Positions 49,702-62,429 of a stretch of DNA of 64,000 bases are shown one piece after another (position 1 is the stretch's first letter; the number at the start of each line of letters is the position of its first letter). The translations under genes and the position numbers were made by a program. The notes below the pieces were generated by a model. That model was not told the origin of the DNA, searched no databases, and worked only from the letters and a program-made list of their open reading frames with translations. Location: NCBI RefSeq assembly GCF_052425735.1, contig NC_135765.1, positions 33,480,001-33,544,000 on the forward strand, written 5' to 3'. Source of the stretch: Oculina patagonica (taxonomy: Eukaryota).

Positions 49702-52104
49702 TCATCGATCGTCTGAAGCATGCGCAGTACAGCCAGTACTGCTGCTGACCAACACTTTAACAGGAACCTGTCTGGCCCGGTTTATTCCGCGGTGCCTCAA
49801 CTGGTATCTCCTATTTTGAAACCAGTTTCTGATCTGCAGCTCTGTCATGTCCAAGGCGTTCGCCAGCAGCGCGCGCTCGTCACGTGTCAAGTATTGTTGG
49901 CGGGAAAATACGTCTTCCAAATACTTGAGCTGCATCTGTGTGAAGTGACTTCTGTTTCGCTTCTTTTTCACCTTGCTTTTCTCTGCCCCAATTGTTTCAT
50001 CGACCTGTTTAGTTCCCTCGGTCTTTTTACTTGAACTGGCAGCACTGTTATCTATAAATGAGAACGGAAAGAAATAATTTTGCTGCTAAAATTTAAAATG
50101 TACGCAGAAAAGAAAAGAAAAGAAAAGAAAAACGACTTTTGTAGGGTAACAAAATTCCTGGTGTTCCAGTAGTTTTCATTGTGGCCCTGAATCCCCAATC
50201 AAATTGGAATTTATACGTGTTGGTTTTTGCAGAGGGAGGAAAACCGGAGAACCCGGAGAAAAAACTTCGGAGCAAGCGACGAGAACCAACAACAAACTCA
50301 ACCCACATATGACGCCGAGACCAGGAATCGAACCCAGGCCACATTGGTGGGAAGCAAGCGCTCTCACCACTTCGCTATCCCTGGCGCGAAAATATAGCTT
50401 ATTTAATTCGCAGACGTAAAACGTTAAAGTTATCTTTAGGTTCGTATCGCTGGGACGATAAACTTAGCTTAGAATATGCTATTTAAAAATGTACCTATTA
50501 TGAGCTAGGTTAAGCGCCCTCAGCACTATCATTGGAAAATACCAAATTTATTTACCCCATAATTATCCCAATGATTTGTGTCAAAAAAAGAGAAATATAA
50601 GAAAAGAAAAATGCGTACGCGGATTATCACTTGATTGTCAAAAGATTTGTGTAAAGGAATGGAACAAATTTCTACCCTTTGCAATATTTTTTTTTCGTTT
50701 CTAAGCTGGCTGTCACTAATTTGCATGGTGGTTCAAAACTAAAAGGCAATACTTCTTGATGAATTTGTTCGTTCTCATTACCCGACTAATTGAAATTGTA
50801 TAATGTTGTACGGAGAAATTATACCATAAACACTGATGAAACTAGTACCAATAAAGATATAGAACGTAAGATAATTAAGTTTGAGTGGATAATTAAGTGG
50901 ATCTCGCTTTACGACCATACTTTAAATACTAACACCATGTTCATTACGCCCATTTTTTTCTTTTTTTTTCTGGCAAGAACAAAAACTCAGCGAATTTTGT
51001 ATTTGAAGAAAATCCCATTCGACCAGCGCGCTGATGCGACCAACGACCACCTTTTAAAGGGCGAATATCTTAGTTTATGAAATTACCACGTTAACACCGT
51101 GAACGATGAATTGACAGAAAGCAAATAGAAACTGAATTTCGCGCAGTTACAATGACAGTAGTGACATCGTTTATTTTATATTTGTGTATTTGCATTTGCG
51201 CTGCATGTCTGATTTGAGCAAACCCTCTGTTAATATGACTGCCCTGTTAATACAATGCAACCAAGATTTTATGGCACGTTGGATATCATATGGAAGGGGT
51301 TTCGCTGTAAAACGAACGCGGGGCACAGGAAAAAAGTAAAACAACGACAACAAAGGCTGTAAAATAAAACACAAATGAAAATCTTAGCTAACTCTCGATC
51401 CCATGGGTCTCTAAAGTGAACCTAAAAAATTAATATTTCGACTTTTATTCAAAACTGACAAGACATGCATTTAAATGGAAATCAGTGAAGTTATTCACGG
51501 CTAACAAACGTGCGAGTTTAACTACGCATATACTTATCCTTTTTCACCTAAAGATGCAGCGCTTCATACATATTAAAAGAGGCGACAATTTTTAAGCTAA
51601 ATTAACCCTAATTGCGTTCAGAATCCGTGCGAACTAAACTCTTTTCTTTACTAAACATTTTCAGCACCTACAGAGCTAGAAATTTCAAGTGTGATGAGTA
51701 ATTAGAAAAACCACGTTCTTTAACTGAACTGCGCTTAATTTTGAGTTGGCAAGAGAGTGGACGCGACTAAGTGAACTGAATAAAAACTTACTAAAGTAGG
51801 TTTGGAAAGATATATTCAGCATACCTCTCTTTCGTTGCTGTTCTTTGACATGGCCGGAGTTTTGAAAGGCCTCTCTCTCCGGATTTGCGGGAAGAGTTTG
51901 AGCGCTGTAGCTACCTCTGCCAAAAAATTCTGTTTCATTGCAGTGGATCACACGTTGATTTAGTTGGCATCTCAGAGCCACAAATGGAACTCTACTGCTT
52001 TCAGGTGCCATGTATAATACTCTCGGCGCTTTTGTAATGCGCGAAGGATGAGGGAAGTCCGAACGAAGAATATTAGCGACAGAGAACGGCAAATTTTGTG
52101 CCAT
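49702..52104 (-). CDS. NK-like homeobox gene E with TN/eh1, Y54 HD and NK2-SD-like motif, complement(join(49702..50051,51825..52104)), 209 aa
   Basis: MAQNLPFSVANILRSDFP; donor G|GTATG, acceptor TTATAG|AT, in frame; HD KKRNRSHFTQMQLKYLEDVFSRQQYLTRDERALLANALDMTELQIRNWFQNRRYQLRH, followed by RQVPVKVLV. Confidence 0.9.
50184..50385 (-). mobile_element. tRNA-derived SINE with V-SINE-like central domain, in gene E intron
   Basis: tRNA-like head (AGTGGTGAGAGCG..GGGTTCGATTCC) followed by TTCTCCGGGTTCTCCGGTTTTCCTCCC. Confidence 0.8.
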
Positions 52105-54080
52105 CGTGCCGGCTTTCACTATATTCAGCAAATTCTGATGGGTCGCATCAAGCTTTACTGAAATGACACTGCCCTAAAGGGGGCGGACTGGCACGTTTAA
52201 GATTGCGGGCACGTGAAAATTGCGCCTAAATTAAGGACTTATTGTTAAATGAGAACAATGGGACTGCCTTTCTTTTGTAGGGAGAAATAAAAAGAAATAA
52301 CAGCGATGTGTGAACTGATGATCGAAAAACGTAAAATGTGACAAATATATGTAGCCACGTTGAGGCAAAAGAAATTTATCTCTCGATAGTTTAATTTTTT
52401 TTAGAAGAAAATTTTCTGGCTTCGCTAATGACATTGTTTGAAAGTTGTACATCGTTAGACAGTTTTCAGTTTAACTATATACTTTTATGGTTATTTTTCC
52501 AATATTTCTTGAGAAACACTTCCGTTGCAACATCGAAAATTTCTTACTCTTAAAAGAATTTCAGCATTTTTTTGAAGATTGTCTCAGTGCGGTTTTAAAA
52601 AGACTTTCTTTTTCCGTTTGTCCTGTAGCTAAATTTTTTTTTTTTTAATTTTTATCTTATTTGCTTTTTACTCGATATCCATGACAGAAACAGAAATTGA
52701 CAACGGATATCCGGTGCTGGACTGGTAACGAACTGAAAGTAGCACCGCACATGTATTCGTTTTCTCAATCGTCAAACCGTTTCGCGCGAACAGGACCGAT
52801 TCGTGCCAATGTTAACGTCCTTAACTGAAACACCGTGGCATACAAACAGAATAAATGAAATTAATTTCACAGCAACTAGACACAAGAATTAACACGAGCC
52901 CACCAATTTTAGCAATTGAGGAAAGTAAAAAATTGAGAGATTTTCCCGTTGAAGCCCTGAATTTCTTTCCGGCTTCTTTTCCCCCAATTGCTTAAATTGG
53001 TGGGTTTACGGTGAAAACCGTGTCAATGCTTGTGCTTACAAACATGTACAGTTTCAGTGGCCATACAGTACAATTTCAACCAGACAGACATAAAATAAGC
53101 CTCTCCTAACGAAACCTTACCACATGAAAGTACTGCTCAATAGCTTCCATTGGCATGGTTCAGTCACACTAGGGTTTCATACAAATGTTAAGTAACATTC
53201 CATTTATGTCAGATCATGCGTTATTCTTTAAATACAGCCTAAAAAAATACGCAAATCAAATTCAGTTTCCCTTAATGTTTCCACTATTAATAAACAGACA
53301 AATCAAGCCCTTTCTAAATGTTAAGTTTAATGACTTTTTAACGCACATTTTTATATCTTGATATTTGATTTCAATTTTAGCGAAAAGCTGAAAACTGAGT
53401 CCGAAAACTGAAAAGTGTTATTTGGTAATTTCAAACCGCGAAACAAGTTTGTGGTGAGAGATTCATGATCGTTACAGTTGAGATTCAGTGCAGCAATTAA
53501 GAATCCACTTGTTACCTGCGGTTTTTTCCTTCGTATTTTTCAGTCCAGAACTGCTACAGTTCGCCGCAGACTTGCCCAGCCAAAGTGCCTTACGTGGATA
53601 GCGATTACAGCCATTATGTGTCAGAGAAGAGCGCTGAACAGACAAAAAACGCGGGAATACCGAGCGGCTTTACGCCATGTTCCTAACGTGTAGTTCCAAA
53701 TTTTTGGTCGATTTCATTTTCTAAAAGTAAAATATGACTTTCATTCACTTGCATTATTTTTTTTTTTTTTTTAAGAGAACGAATGAAAAGAAAAACTATT
53801 ACTTTCAACTAACTCCGTTTTTCATTTTCCAATTAATTCCGAAAACGGTGTTTTACCTATTTTCCAATTTCTCACATAACTTGTTTATCTAAAAATTATT
53901 TTCGATTGAGGCGAGAAATGAAATTTTTTCAGAATTTCATTTCATTTTCGGTTTACCAATTAAAAAGAAACATGAAGTTTAAAAGTTCATGTTCCTATTA
54001 TCCATAATAAAATGATGAAACTGAACTTTCGTTTAACTGATATTACTTTTTCCCAAAAAGTCCATTTGACAACTATACTA

Positions 54081-54544
54081 CAGTAAACACCCGCGTGTAA
54101 GAACCTAGTGGTTTAAGAACCTGCTGGCAGAAATGTGCCATTTTAATACCCCAAAATATAAGAACCTGGCTGTTTAGCCAAGCAAAATTTCAGCAGGTTC
54201 TTATATGTGGGTTATAGAAAATTTTTATGAACATTTTTAACAGAACATCCCAAACTGCATTTACAAATAAAGAAAAGACAGATTCACATAGACTGTAATT
54301 GTCTTCTTTGGACCTTGCATGAGGCTTGAAGCAATACAGTTATGAATAAATGCTGCATAATGAAGGACCAAACCCATTTTTTTTCTTCTCGTACAATCAA
54401 AACTTGAACTATGGCTCCTCCTTAGAAATTAAGAACCTTATTAAGAACCTACTTAGCCTAAATTACCAATAACTACCCCCAAATGCAAGAATCTATTTTG
54501 CCAAACTTAGAAAATTGTAGGTTCTTACACGCGGGTGTTTACTG
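54081..54544. mobile_element. Tc1/mariner-type MITE
   Basis: Perfect TIR CAGTAAACACCCGCGTGTAAGAACCT; TA TSD. Confidence 0.9.
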
Positions 54545-55256
54545 TATACCATTTATGAAACGTGCGTCCACGTACATCAATTACACAGATAAAAATTAAG
54601 TGTGGTCGAAAAAAAATACGGTTGTCATAATCAGCATGATGGCATGATTTAAAACTTACAAATTAGGGTTGTCATTTATTAAAATGTTAGTGGTAAAACG
54701 TTTCGGCCACTTTGGTGACCTTCATCAGTTAAAAAAAATGCAGGCAATATTGCGGTGAACGTAAATAAATATAGAAAAAATATATAGTGATGAAAAATTC
54801 GTTAAATTGTGTTAAAAACTAAAATTAAATTTAAATTAAATTGTGGTCGACTGCTAAATATTTTTGACTTCCTTTCAACATTGTAACAATCAATAAGCGT
54901 TCCTCTCGATACTCCCCCTTCTCCTACTCCCCCAGCACACGTATACATTTTTCGCGCTTCCACTCCAGTCTTTAGATAAGTTTTGAGCCAGGGGCTTGAT
55001 TAAGGACTCCTTGTATTTGCGTATTTCCAGTACGTTACACGGGCTATGCAACGACGCAAACATAGGAATAAGCAAAGATGCCTTTTCTTGTACCTGCGCA
55101 TGCATCACCCAGAGACAGGAAGTTTCTTGTGCTTATGCTTGCGGTAAACCAGGTGTTAGAAGTTGCAGTGGCCTAATGGCCAGTGCATTGAAGTCCGAGT
55201 ACAAGCCTCGCGACTGGCCGTTTTTGCCGTTTTCGTAGAGCTATGTGTTTGGTTGT

Positions 55257-55501
55257 GGGAGGCGTGGTGGCCTAATGGTTAGTGCGCTGGACTTCAGATC
55301 GAACGGTTCGGGTTCGAGCCCTGGCTGGGGCACTGCGTCGTGTTCTTGGGCAGGACAGTTAACTATCACATGTACAGTACCCCTCTCAAGCCAGGTGAAT
55401 AAATGGGAACCTGCGAATCTACTGCTGGGGGGTAACCCTGTGATGGACTAGCATCCCATCCAAGGGGGAGTAGAAATACTCCTAGTTGCTTCATGCTACA
55501 G

Positions 55502-55582
<81 letters not shown>

Positions 55583-56191
55583 GACCTTTATTTAATCACG
55601 ATCTGTTTTAAAGCAAATACATGCTTAAGGGGTCGTGTGGGACTATCTACCTACCTAAGAAAATTAATATTACATTGTAATAAACTAAAATAAACGATAT
55701 TATAGTTTAAAAAGATTAAGATTTAAAATTGAAAACCACACATGTGTTTCGGAGTTGTCTGGATAGACAAACTGCTAAAATTAAGTTTTTTAAATATGGG
55801 GTCCATTCTCGCTTTTTTGCAAAACTGCTTGTGGTTGGTAGCGTTATTAAAGTAGCTTGACACAAAATTCCATAAGACTGGATTGAGTTCTTTAAAAAGG
55901 ACGTTGAAAATCGTGGGACAACCGCTTTTTTGTGTCCTCTTAGGTTGTAGGGTCCGTGTCTCCACGTTACTAAATCTGAAATCGTTTTAGGAATCTTTTC
56001 GATTACAATATTGTAAAACAGCTTAATAAGACTGAGTTTGTATAAATCGAGTATTGAGTCCCACTTAGTGATTTCCATCACCGTATCCGATGGTGTGTCC
56101 CATGACAAGTTGAAGATAATTGAAGAAGATAAACCGGAAAAAGCTCCGGCCTGATGAGCCACATGCTTAGCTCGAACGCAGACCTTTACCT
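55257..56191 (+). mobile_element. tRNA-derived (CORE-like) SINE split by a LINE insertion
   Basis: A-box TGGCCTAATGG and B-box GGTTCGAGCC; body runs to GCTACAGA (55502) and resumes AACCGG..GCAGACCTTTACCT at 56130-56191. Confidence 0.8.
55502..56127 (-). mobile_element. LINE 3' fragment with long (ATT)n tail, nested antisense in the SINE
   Basis: LDLYKLSLIKLFYNI, PYNLRG, VVPRFST resemble the LINE at 4247-5147; AGATAA at both junctions. Confidence 0.8.
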
Positions 56192-56660
56192 GTGTTTTTG
56201 GTAATATGCAACTCAGATGTAAATGAATGCTTGTGAGCTGCTGTACCGGCATCAGCTACTGTCTGTTTGTGTTAAGGTCATAATTTTTCAACCAACTCAT
56301 ATTTAAAATCCAATAAAATGCAACTACTGACACTATAAATGTACGTCAGGTTTCACGTGTTTGATATAATCTTTTCAGTACATCGTCGGCTAAGTATCAG
56401 GCGATATTCCGCGCGATTTCGCAGGGTAATTGTTGAATCAAAGTAAAACAGATACACTATACGTTTGACTTGTTTATTATATACATTTTCAATACACCGA
56501 CTAGGCGTACCATGTTAAACGCTGTATTACCTTATGTTATGTGAAGGCGGTTTTCGATTGAGTGACCTAAGTTATCCCTGTGAGCCAATCAAATCCTCAA
56601 AGGTAACCAAAGCGAAGCGCAGGAAAACGTTTATGACGGAATCGCCATTGGTTTTACTTC

Positions 56661-56945
56661 TAGAACGGTTTTCACTTGAGTGTCGAAAGTAAATTGCGTT
56701 TGCTTTGGTTTTGCATTATAACGCTTTGTGATTGGCTTAAAAATCTCGCGCCACTTTCTCAGCCAATCAGGAGTAAGACCAAAACCAATCGTGACTCGCT
56801 CGCGCACGTTTTCCCGCGCTTCGTGCCGGCTACATGTATTTGCTTCGAGTTTTGATTGGTTCACTGAATTGTCTCTGTCCTTTGTGATTGGCCAGAGTAA
56901 TTACTTGGGTTTTGGTTTTACGACACTCAATTGAAAACTGCTCTA
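56661..56945. mobile_element. MITE; second copy in opposite orientation at 57266-57516
   Basis: TIRs TAGAACGGTTTTCACTTGAGTGTCG / CGACACTCAATTGAAAACTGCTCTA. Confidence 0.8.
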
Positions 56946-57774
56946 TTTGGTCGAAAAATTAATTAGCGCGAGATTTTCAAACAATGCCATGTCCAGAGCG
57001 TAAAGAAGCAAAACAAACGTAGTACTGACCCGATAACTTTCGACACTCAATCAAAAATTGCTCTAATATTTGATTGATTGATAATATGAATGAGCAACGA
57101 CTTGCCGAAGTCTAGGATGTATATGTACCAAGTTTTGTAATGTACACGACGAGCCACTGACTGCGCATGCTTATTTAGAAAATCGTTTTGGCTGAATGAT
57201 AAACTCGAGCTCTGCTAGCCAGAATTTAAAACATACAAGTTTGTACGCAAGATATATCCTTAGCATAGAGCGATTTTCGATTGAGTGTCGTATAACCAAA
57301 ACTAAAGTACTGGCCAATCACAAAGGGCACAGACAATCCAGTGGACCAATCAAAACTCGAAGCGAATACATGATGTTAGCTGGTGCAAAGCGTGGGAAAA
57401 CGTGCGTCAGCGAGTCACGATTGGTTTTGGTTTGACATGTCTGATTGGTTGAGAAAGTGGCGCGAGATTTTAAAGCAAATGGGACTACTTTCGACACTCA
57501 AGTGAATACCGCTCTAATGTAAAGAGGCACTGCTGAATAAAAATATCATAAATACAAGTTAAGCAAAACTGATACAAAATAAAACAAACCAAAAAGCTGA
57601 TTCTAATATAGCAGTATCGAATAAACTGGAAAGTCAGACTAAAATAAATATAATCAATCTATGCAGATCAGAATAACCTTTTTTGTACCATCCTTGAGTA
57701 ATTTGTCCTCATACTATATAATTATAAAGCTCTCGGTGGTCATCATAAACCGACCAAAAGAAGGCGATGTAAAA

Positions 57775-58012
57775 CTACCATTATTTTTTTGGAGGGGGGG
57801 GGGGGGGATGAAAAATATTGAAAAAAATTGTTTGCAGGGCCTGGAAAGACAAAATAAATTGTTTGCAAAAGCGATATGTATAACAAAAAATAGTAAGAAT
57901 TTCGAAAAAAAAATGTTTGCACAGGTGCATAAACTAAAAAAAAAGTTTGCAGAGGAAAATTTTTCATCCCCCCCCCCCACCCCCCCTCCAAGAAAATAAT
58001 GGTCCGTCCCTA
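57775..58012. mobile_element. MITE with G/C-run subtermini
   Basis: ACCATTATTTT..GGAGGGGG / CCCCCTCC..AAAATAATGGT. Confidence 0.6.
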
Positions 58013-58014
58013 AA

Positions 58015-58234
58015 TAGGGTCTGGATGGGAGTGGCAAAATGTCAGTTATCAACTAAACTTTTTAGCGATTTCTTAGCTATCAGTTAAATTTTCATCCCAT
58101 TTCTCAGGTACCAGTAAATTTTGCTGATCTTAGATCTCAGCTATCAGTTCAAAATTAAACGCGTCATATCTCAGCTGACAGTTAAAATTTTGACCAATTC
58201 TCAGTTATCAGATAAACCCCATCAAGACCCTCTA
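58015..58234. mobile_element. MITE with internal CAGTTA/TATCAG repeats
   Basis: AGGGTCTGGATGGG / CCCATCAAGACCCT inverted ends. Confidence 0.6.
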
Positions 58235-60099
58235 TAAATTCTTGGGTGACATAGTAAGGAAAATGGTCAAAACTATATTGTACTCAGACAGGACCCACCA
58301 CTCTGCAAACAGACAGGTGGTCTCTTCATGTACCCTACTTTCCGCACCTTAAAAGATGGTGTCTTGTTTGTATAGCCCCCGCTCTATCAGGAGTAGAAAC
58401 TAAGAAAAAAGATTCAAACCTCCTTGTGCCATTTCTCCAGCAATACAAGCTTCGTGCACACCGAATATGAAAGTCTCAACTTGAATTTTGAGGTCAATAT
58501 ATTTTGTCCATTTGGCTAATCAGACAGGTGGTGTATTGCATAGCCCCCCTACCACTACACAAGGTGGCTCCTTGTCGAGTACACATGTTATGACCACTTT
58601 CCTAAGTTTTATTCAAACAAACGTGGTTTCATACTGTATATTAGATGAATCACTTCTCACAACTTCTTGCTCCTTAGAAATCATGTCCTCAGTTCCTTTT
58701 TTCTGAATTTTTACAGTAATGAACTTCACGACGGCGGATCCAATCATTTCTTTGGTACGAAGTTTTTCCCAGCCACCAAAACTGTACCCTGTTGTGACTT
58801 TACTGAAAAATACTTCTGACATTTTCCCACTTACAAAAACAGCAATAGTGGAGACTATTGCTGACGAGCTATATGCTACTTGAAAGAGGAAAATTGCCGA
58901 CAACGCAATAAAAAAAAAGATGAGAATAGCAACTATGTTCCACAACATGCGGCAAACTTCATTTGCTAATAAGGGTAAAACATTGCACTCGTTACAAACG
59001 AACCAAAAGAGATCTATTGGTATTGTGTCACTGTTGCCCGCAGTGAGCTCTTTCCACTGTTCTGAAATCATTTCTTTGATTGCTTTGTATCTATTTTGCA
59101 AATTGCTGTAGCAAAGAGAAATGTTGTTCCAAACTACAAAGACAAATGTTACATAAGGTACTGTAACTTCCGCGTTTAGAGTTATACCCATCACAATAAA
59201 ACCAAACATTCGTACAACAAACTGACACGAATAGATTGCAACGATGCAAACACTTAGGGACGAATAAACGAGAGTTACAAACAAGAGCCACTTATAAATT
59301 GAGCGTTTGTGTATAAATCTAAAAGTAATTATCATGATGCAACAAATATAAGGAGAAAATATTATAATGCATAAAATGGACGCAAAGAAAACAATTAAAA
59401 AAATCATCAATGCAACTACTAGCCTGGAACTACAATTAATACAGATGCAACAGACCATAAAACACACATTGCATGCCCACACGGGTTGAATGTCGTGAAT
59501 GAAAGAATTAATGACAGAGTGTCGAGAATGAATTATTGAATTAAAGTTTCTATTTCGTAGTATTTTGCACTTCGATTGGTTAAGAAAATCCTTCAATCGA
59601 GGCCACAAGTTATTAGAAATATATTGCGGCATAGCTTTTACATACTCAAGTATTTCCTTTTGAGGAGTAACACTTTTTCTGCAAAGACAGCATTCTTTTG
59701 TTTCATCTGAAGTCTCTGTAGTTTAAGGACTCCAAAACGAAATTACTACACCAGGAATTATAAATAATGGTACGATAAACAGAGCATACACAAGGGGTCT
59801 GTCTAAGCTAAAAACGTTTAAGTAAAAATCTCCTACTTGAAACAGAAGTATTCTGGAAGCCTCGTCAAAATAGTTACTTTTGATTATGAAGTACAATGCT
59901 AACTTAATGTAGAAAAATATTGGAAAACACAGTACCAGAGGAAAAATAATTTAACATTAAATCCGTGGCTTAAAGTTGGGAGCTTTTCGGCACATGTTCG
60001 GGCCATCATCAAGATTGCACAAGTAATTGGACTTAAATCGTCCACTGGGATTTTTTAAAATGATTTTCTTGTGTGGTAACTTTGTTCATGATTATTTAA

Positions 60100-60666
60100 C
60101 CCTTAATATGCTAAGTCAAGAGTACTCCGGGATTTGGAGGAATGGCCATAAAACCATTTATGACGTCACCAATTTACAAATCAGCAGATGTTTGTGACGT
60201 GCAACTTATAGAGTTTGGATAGATCTTTCCACAGGAGTGTTCATTTTGAACATTGACTGTATTCCGACAGAGCTAATCGAAAAAAACGTGATCAGTTTTT
60301 GGTGTAAAATTGGTGCTAAAACAGGCCAATATACCCGTACTTGATCATGGTCTCCTTTCCAGGGTTTTCCATTGATTAAGATCAAAACTTTTCAGGCCAG
60401 TAGAAGGCGTGCACAGACTAAAAGATAGAGAGAAGAAGAAAGCAGAGAATAACGAAAATAAAGGAAAGGAGCAAGGAAAAAAAATCGGAACGGTTCAGCA
60501 AAAGTAAAAAGTTGTACATTTTTACATCGAAATGTCATCAAAAACTTAATGCAGTGTCAAAAAGTGCATTCTAGCAAAGTTAAGAGAAATTTAGGACCAT
60601 AGAGCCAATAAAATCGATTAACGGTTAAAAAACGCGTTTTTTGGAGTAAGTTCAGCATATTAAGGG
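60100..60666. mobile_element. Non-autonomous piggyBac element inside the membrane-protein gene
   Basis: TTAA TSD on both sides; TIR CCCTTAATATGCT. Confidence 0.88.
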
Positions 60667-61229
60667 TTAAACTTTCCCTCACCTTTCGTTACGGTTCCGA
60701 AGTCAGTTTTTACCAAACTCTCACGGGTTTGGACTTCGTCTTCGCTAGTTTCGCGTAATCCGCCATCGAGATCTGCCTCGCAAAAGGAGTCTGGTATGAC
60801 ACATATGAGTATAAAGGCCAGTACAAGAATACAACCACTACAACTGCGGCAAGGATGGTGTTGAAAACAGCCAACCACTTGGTCTCTTTGATATCAAGGC
60901 CGCAGTGAATCGTGTTCTCGTTACTGTGTCCATCTTCTTTACAGCATTGATATTTAAAGCCGCCTCTAATACCGAAAGAGAATTCCTGTAACACCCGAAA
61001 ACAAACAACCCCGCTCCCCTCATTCGACGGTTTGCTGGAAGTCAAGTTTCTTGTGATGCTCAACAGCGCCTAAGCGATCACAATATCCCGACATGTTGTA
61101 TTCAATTCTGCGAGGCATCCAGCGTGCAAAGTTCTTTGAAAACGACGGCCATATTTCTGGCTTGATTGCTCAAAAGACCCAGGGACAGTACATCATAGTC
61201 ATATCAAAGAGATAGCATATGCTCGCTAA

Positions 61230-61458
61230 AGCCTGGTTTTCACTAGCGACGCAAGCGCAAGCACAAGCGCAAGGATAACAACTCTTATTTCACCGTGAAA
61301 ATGGCTTCGACTCAAGCAAAGGCACAAGCGCATTGCAGTTAGATGCTTGTGCTTGTGCTGGCGGCAATCACAAGCACAAGGATAATTTGTTCTTTTTGCG
61401 TCATCGCGCTTGCTCTTGTGCTTGCTCTTGTGCTTGCGTCGCTAGTGAAAACCAAGCT
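61230..61458. mobile_element. Harbinger-type MITE inside the membrane-protein gene
   Basis: TIR AGCCTGGTTTTCACTAGCGACGCAAGC; (GCACAA)n arms. Confidence 0.85.
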
Positions 61459-61875
61459 GAATACTTTGCGTCCATGTCTATCTGTAGGGAAGAATTCTGT
61501 TGGGTGAGTCGAGTGGGTTGTATTGTGGTCTATCGTTGGAGAATTTTAAATATAAATACTCGAGCCTTACTCCTTCTTCGGAGGCTTTGAATCGAAACTC
61601 AGATGATGAGTAACCTTGAATTGAAATCTGGCATCGCGTTTTCAAGAGTGACTTGCGACGATTTAACAAGTCAAACAGGACAAAATATAAAAAAAAAACT
61701 TTCCTGCTTTGGGCCATCTTGTTTGCGTTTTGTGTAATGAGTCGTAATGAATCAACATTCAACTTTTGCTCTACAGGTTACAGAGGGTGACATTTACATT
61801 GGCTTTTCTCGCGACAGTTGCAACAGTGTTGCGTTTTTGATCACGTACTCTGCACTAATTTGCATTTACAAATTA

Positions 61876-62090
61876 AGCCTTGTTTTCACTAGCGACGCAA
61901 GCACAAGCGCAAGCACAAACGCGATCACGCAAAAAGAACAAACTTTAACCCTTGTGCTTGTGCACAAGCATCCAAATGCAATGCACTTGTGCTTTTGCTT
62001 GAGTCGAAGTCGTTTTCACGGAGAAATAAGAACTGTTATCCTTGCGCTTGTGCTTGCGATTGTGCTTGCGTCGCTTGTGAAAACCAGGCT
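61876..62090. mobile_element. Second copy of the same Harbinger-type MITE
   Basis: Same TIR family; TTA TSD. Confidence 0.85.
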
Positions 62091-62429
62091 TTAAAGAATC
62101 CGCGGTTCTGTGGAATTGACCATTTGACATGCCTGTCACTGTAAATTGTCAGATTGTACATCATCTTATTTTGTTTGGTATTTTTTTTTTCAAGAGAAAC
62201 CTGGAACATCACATCGTTTTCAAACTTGCTGTGGAACCAACTAAACCGAACTGCTAGGCATTGACTGTAAAACAGTCGTATTTGTTGGGAACACGCACGG
62301 TCCAGGGCGCAGTCTATTTAGTCATTTTTTAGACTATTTTGCGGTGCAAAATCACCTTCAAATCTCAAAATAAAAAATAGACTAAAAAACACTAAAGAGT
62401 TGATTGCGGGCCCAAGAGAGGCCCGCAAC

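Larger units (their letters stand above)
58613..61717 (-). pseudogene. Disrupted, apparently intronless gene for an uncharacterised multi-pass membrane protein with a Cys-containing ectodomain
   Basis: Hydrophobic N-terminus MAQSRKVFFLYFVLF; ectodomain pieces (YDYDVLSLGLL, KYQCC..IHC); first TM (FNTILAAVVVVVFLYWPL); 339-aa ORF with several TM stretches. Interrupted by stops, frameshifts and two transposons. Confidence 0.7.

Noticed and set aside
49720-50034. Antisense ORFs over homeoboxes (also 9980-10353 and 27942-28172)
   Set aside because: Shadow frames of the real or decayed coding strand.
6476-52104. Naming the genes NK2, NK3, NK4 or Hox
   Set aside because: The homeodomains lack family-diagnostic residues outside Y54 (for example NK3 RSRAAF and LSGPER) and there is no hexapeptide, so no symbol is assigned without a phylogeny.
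55493-55693. Poly-Ile ORF
   Set aside because: Translation of the (ATA)n LINE tail.
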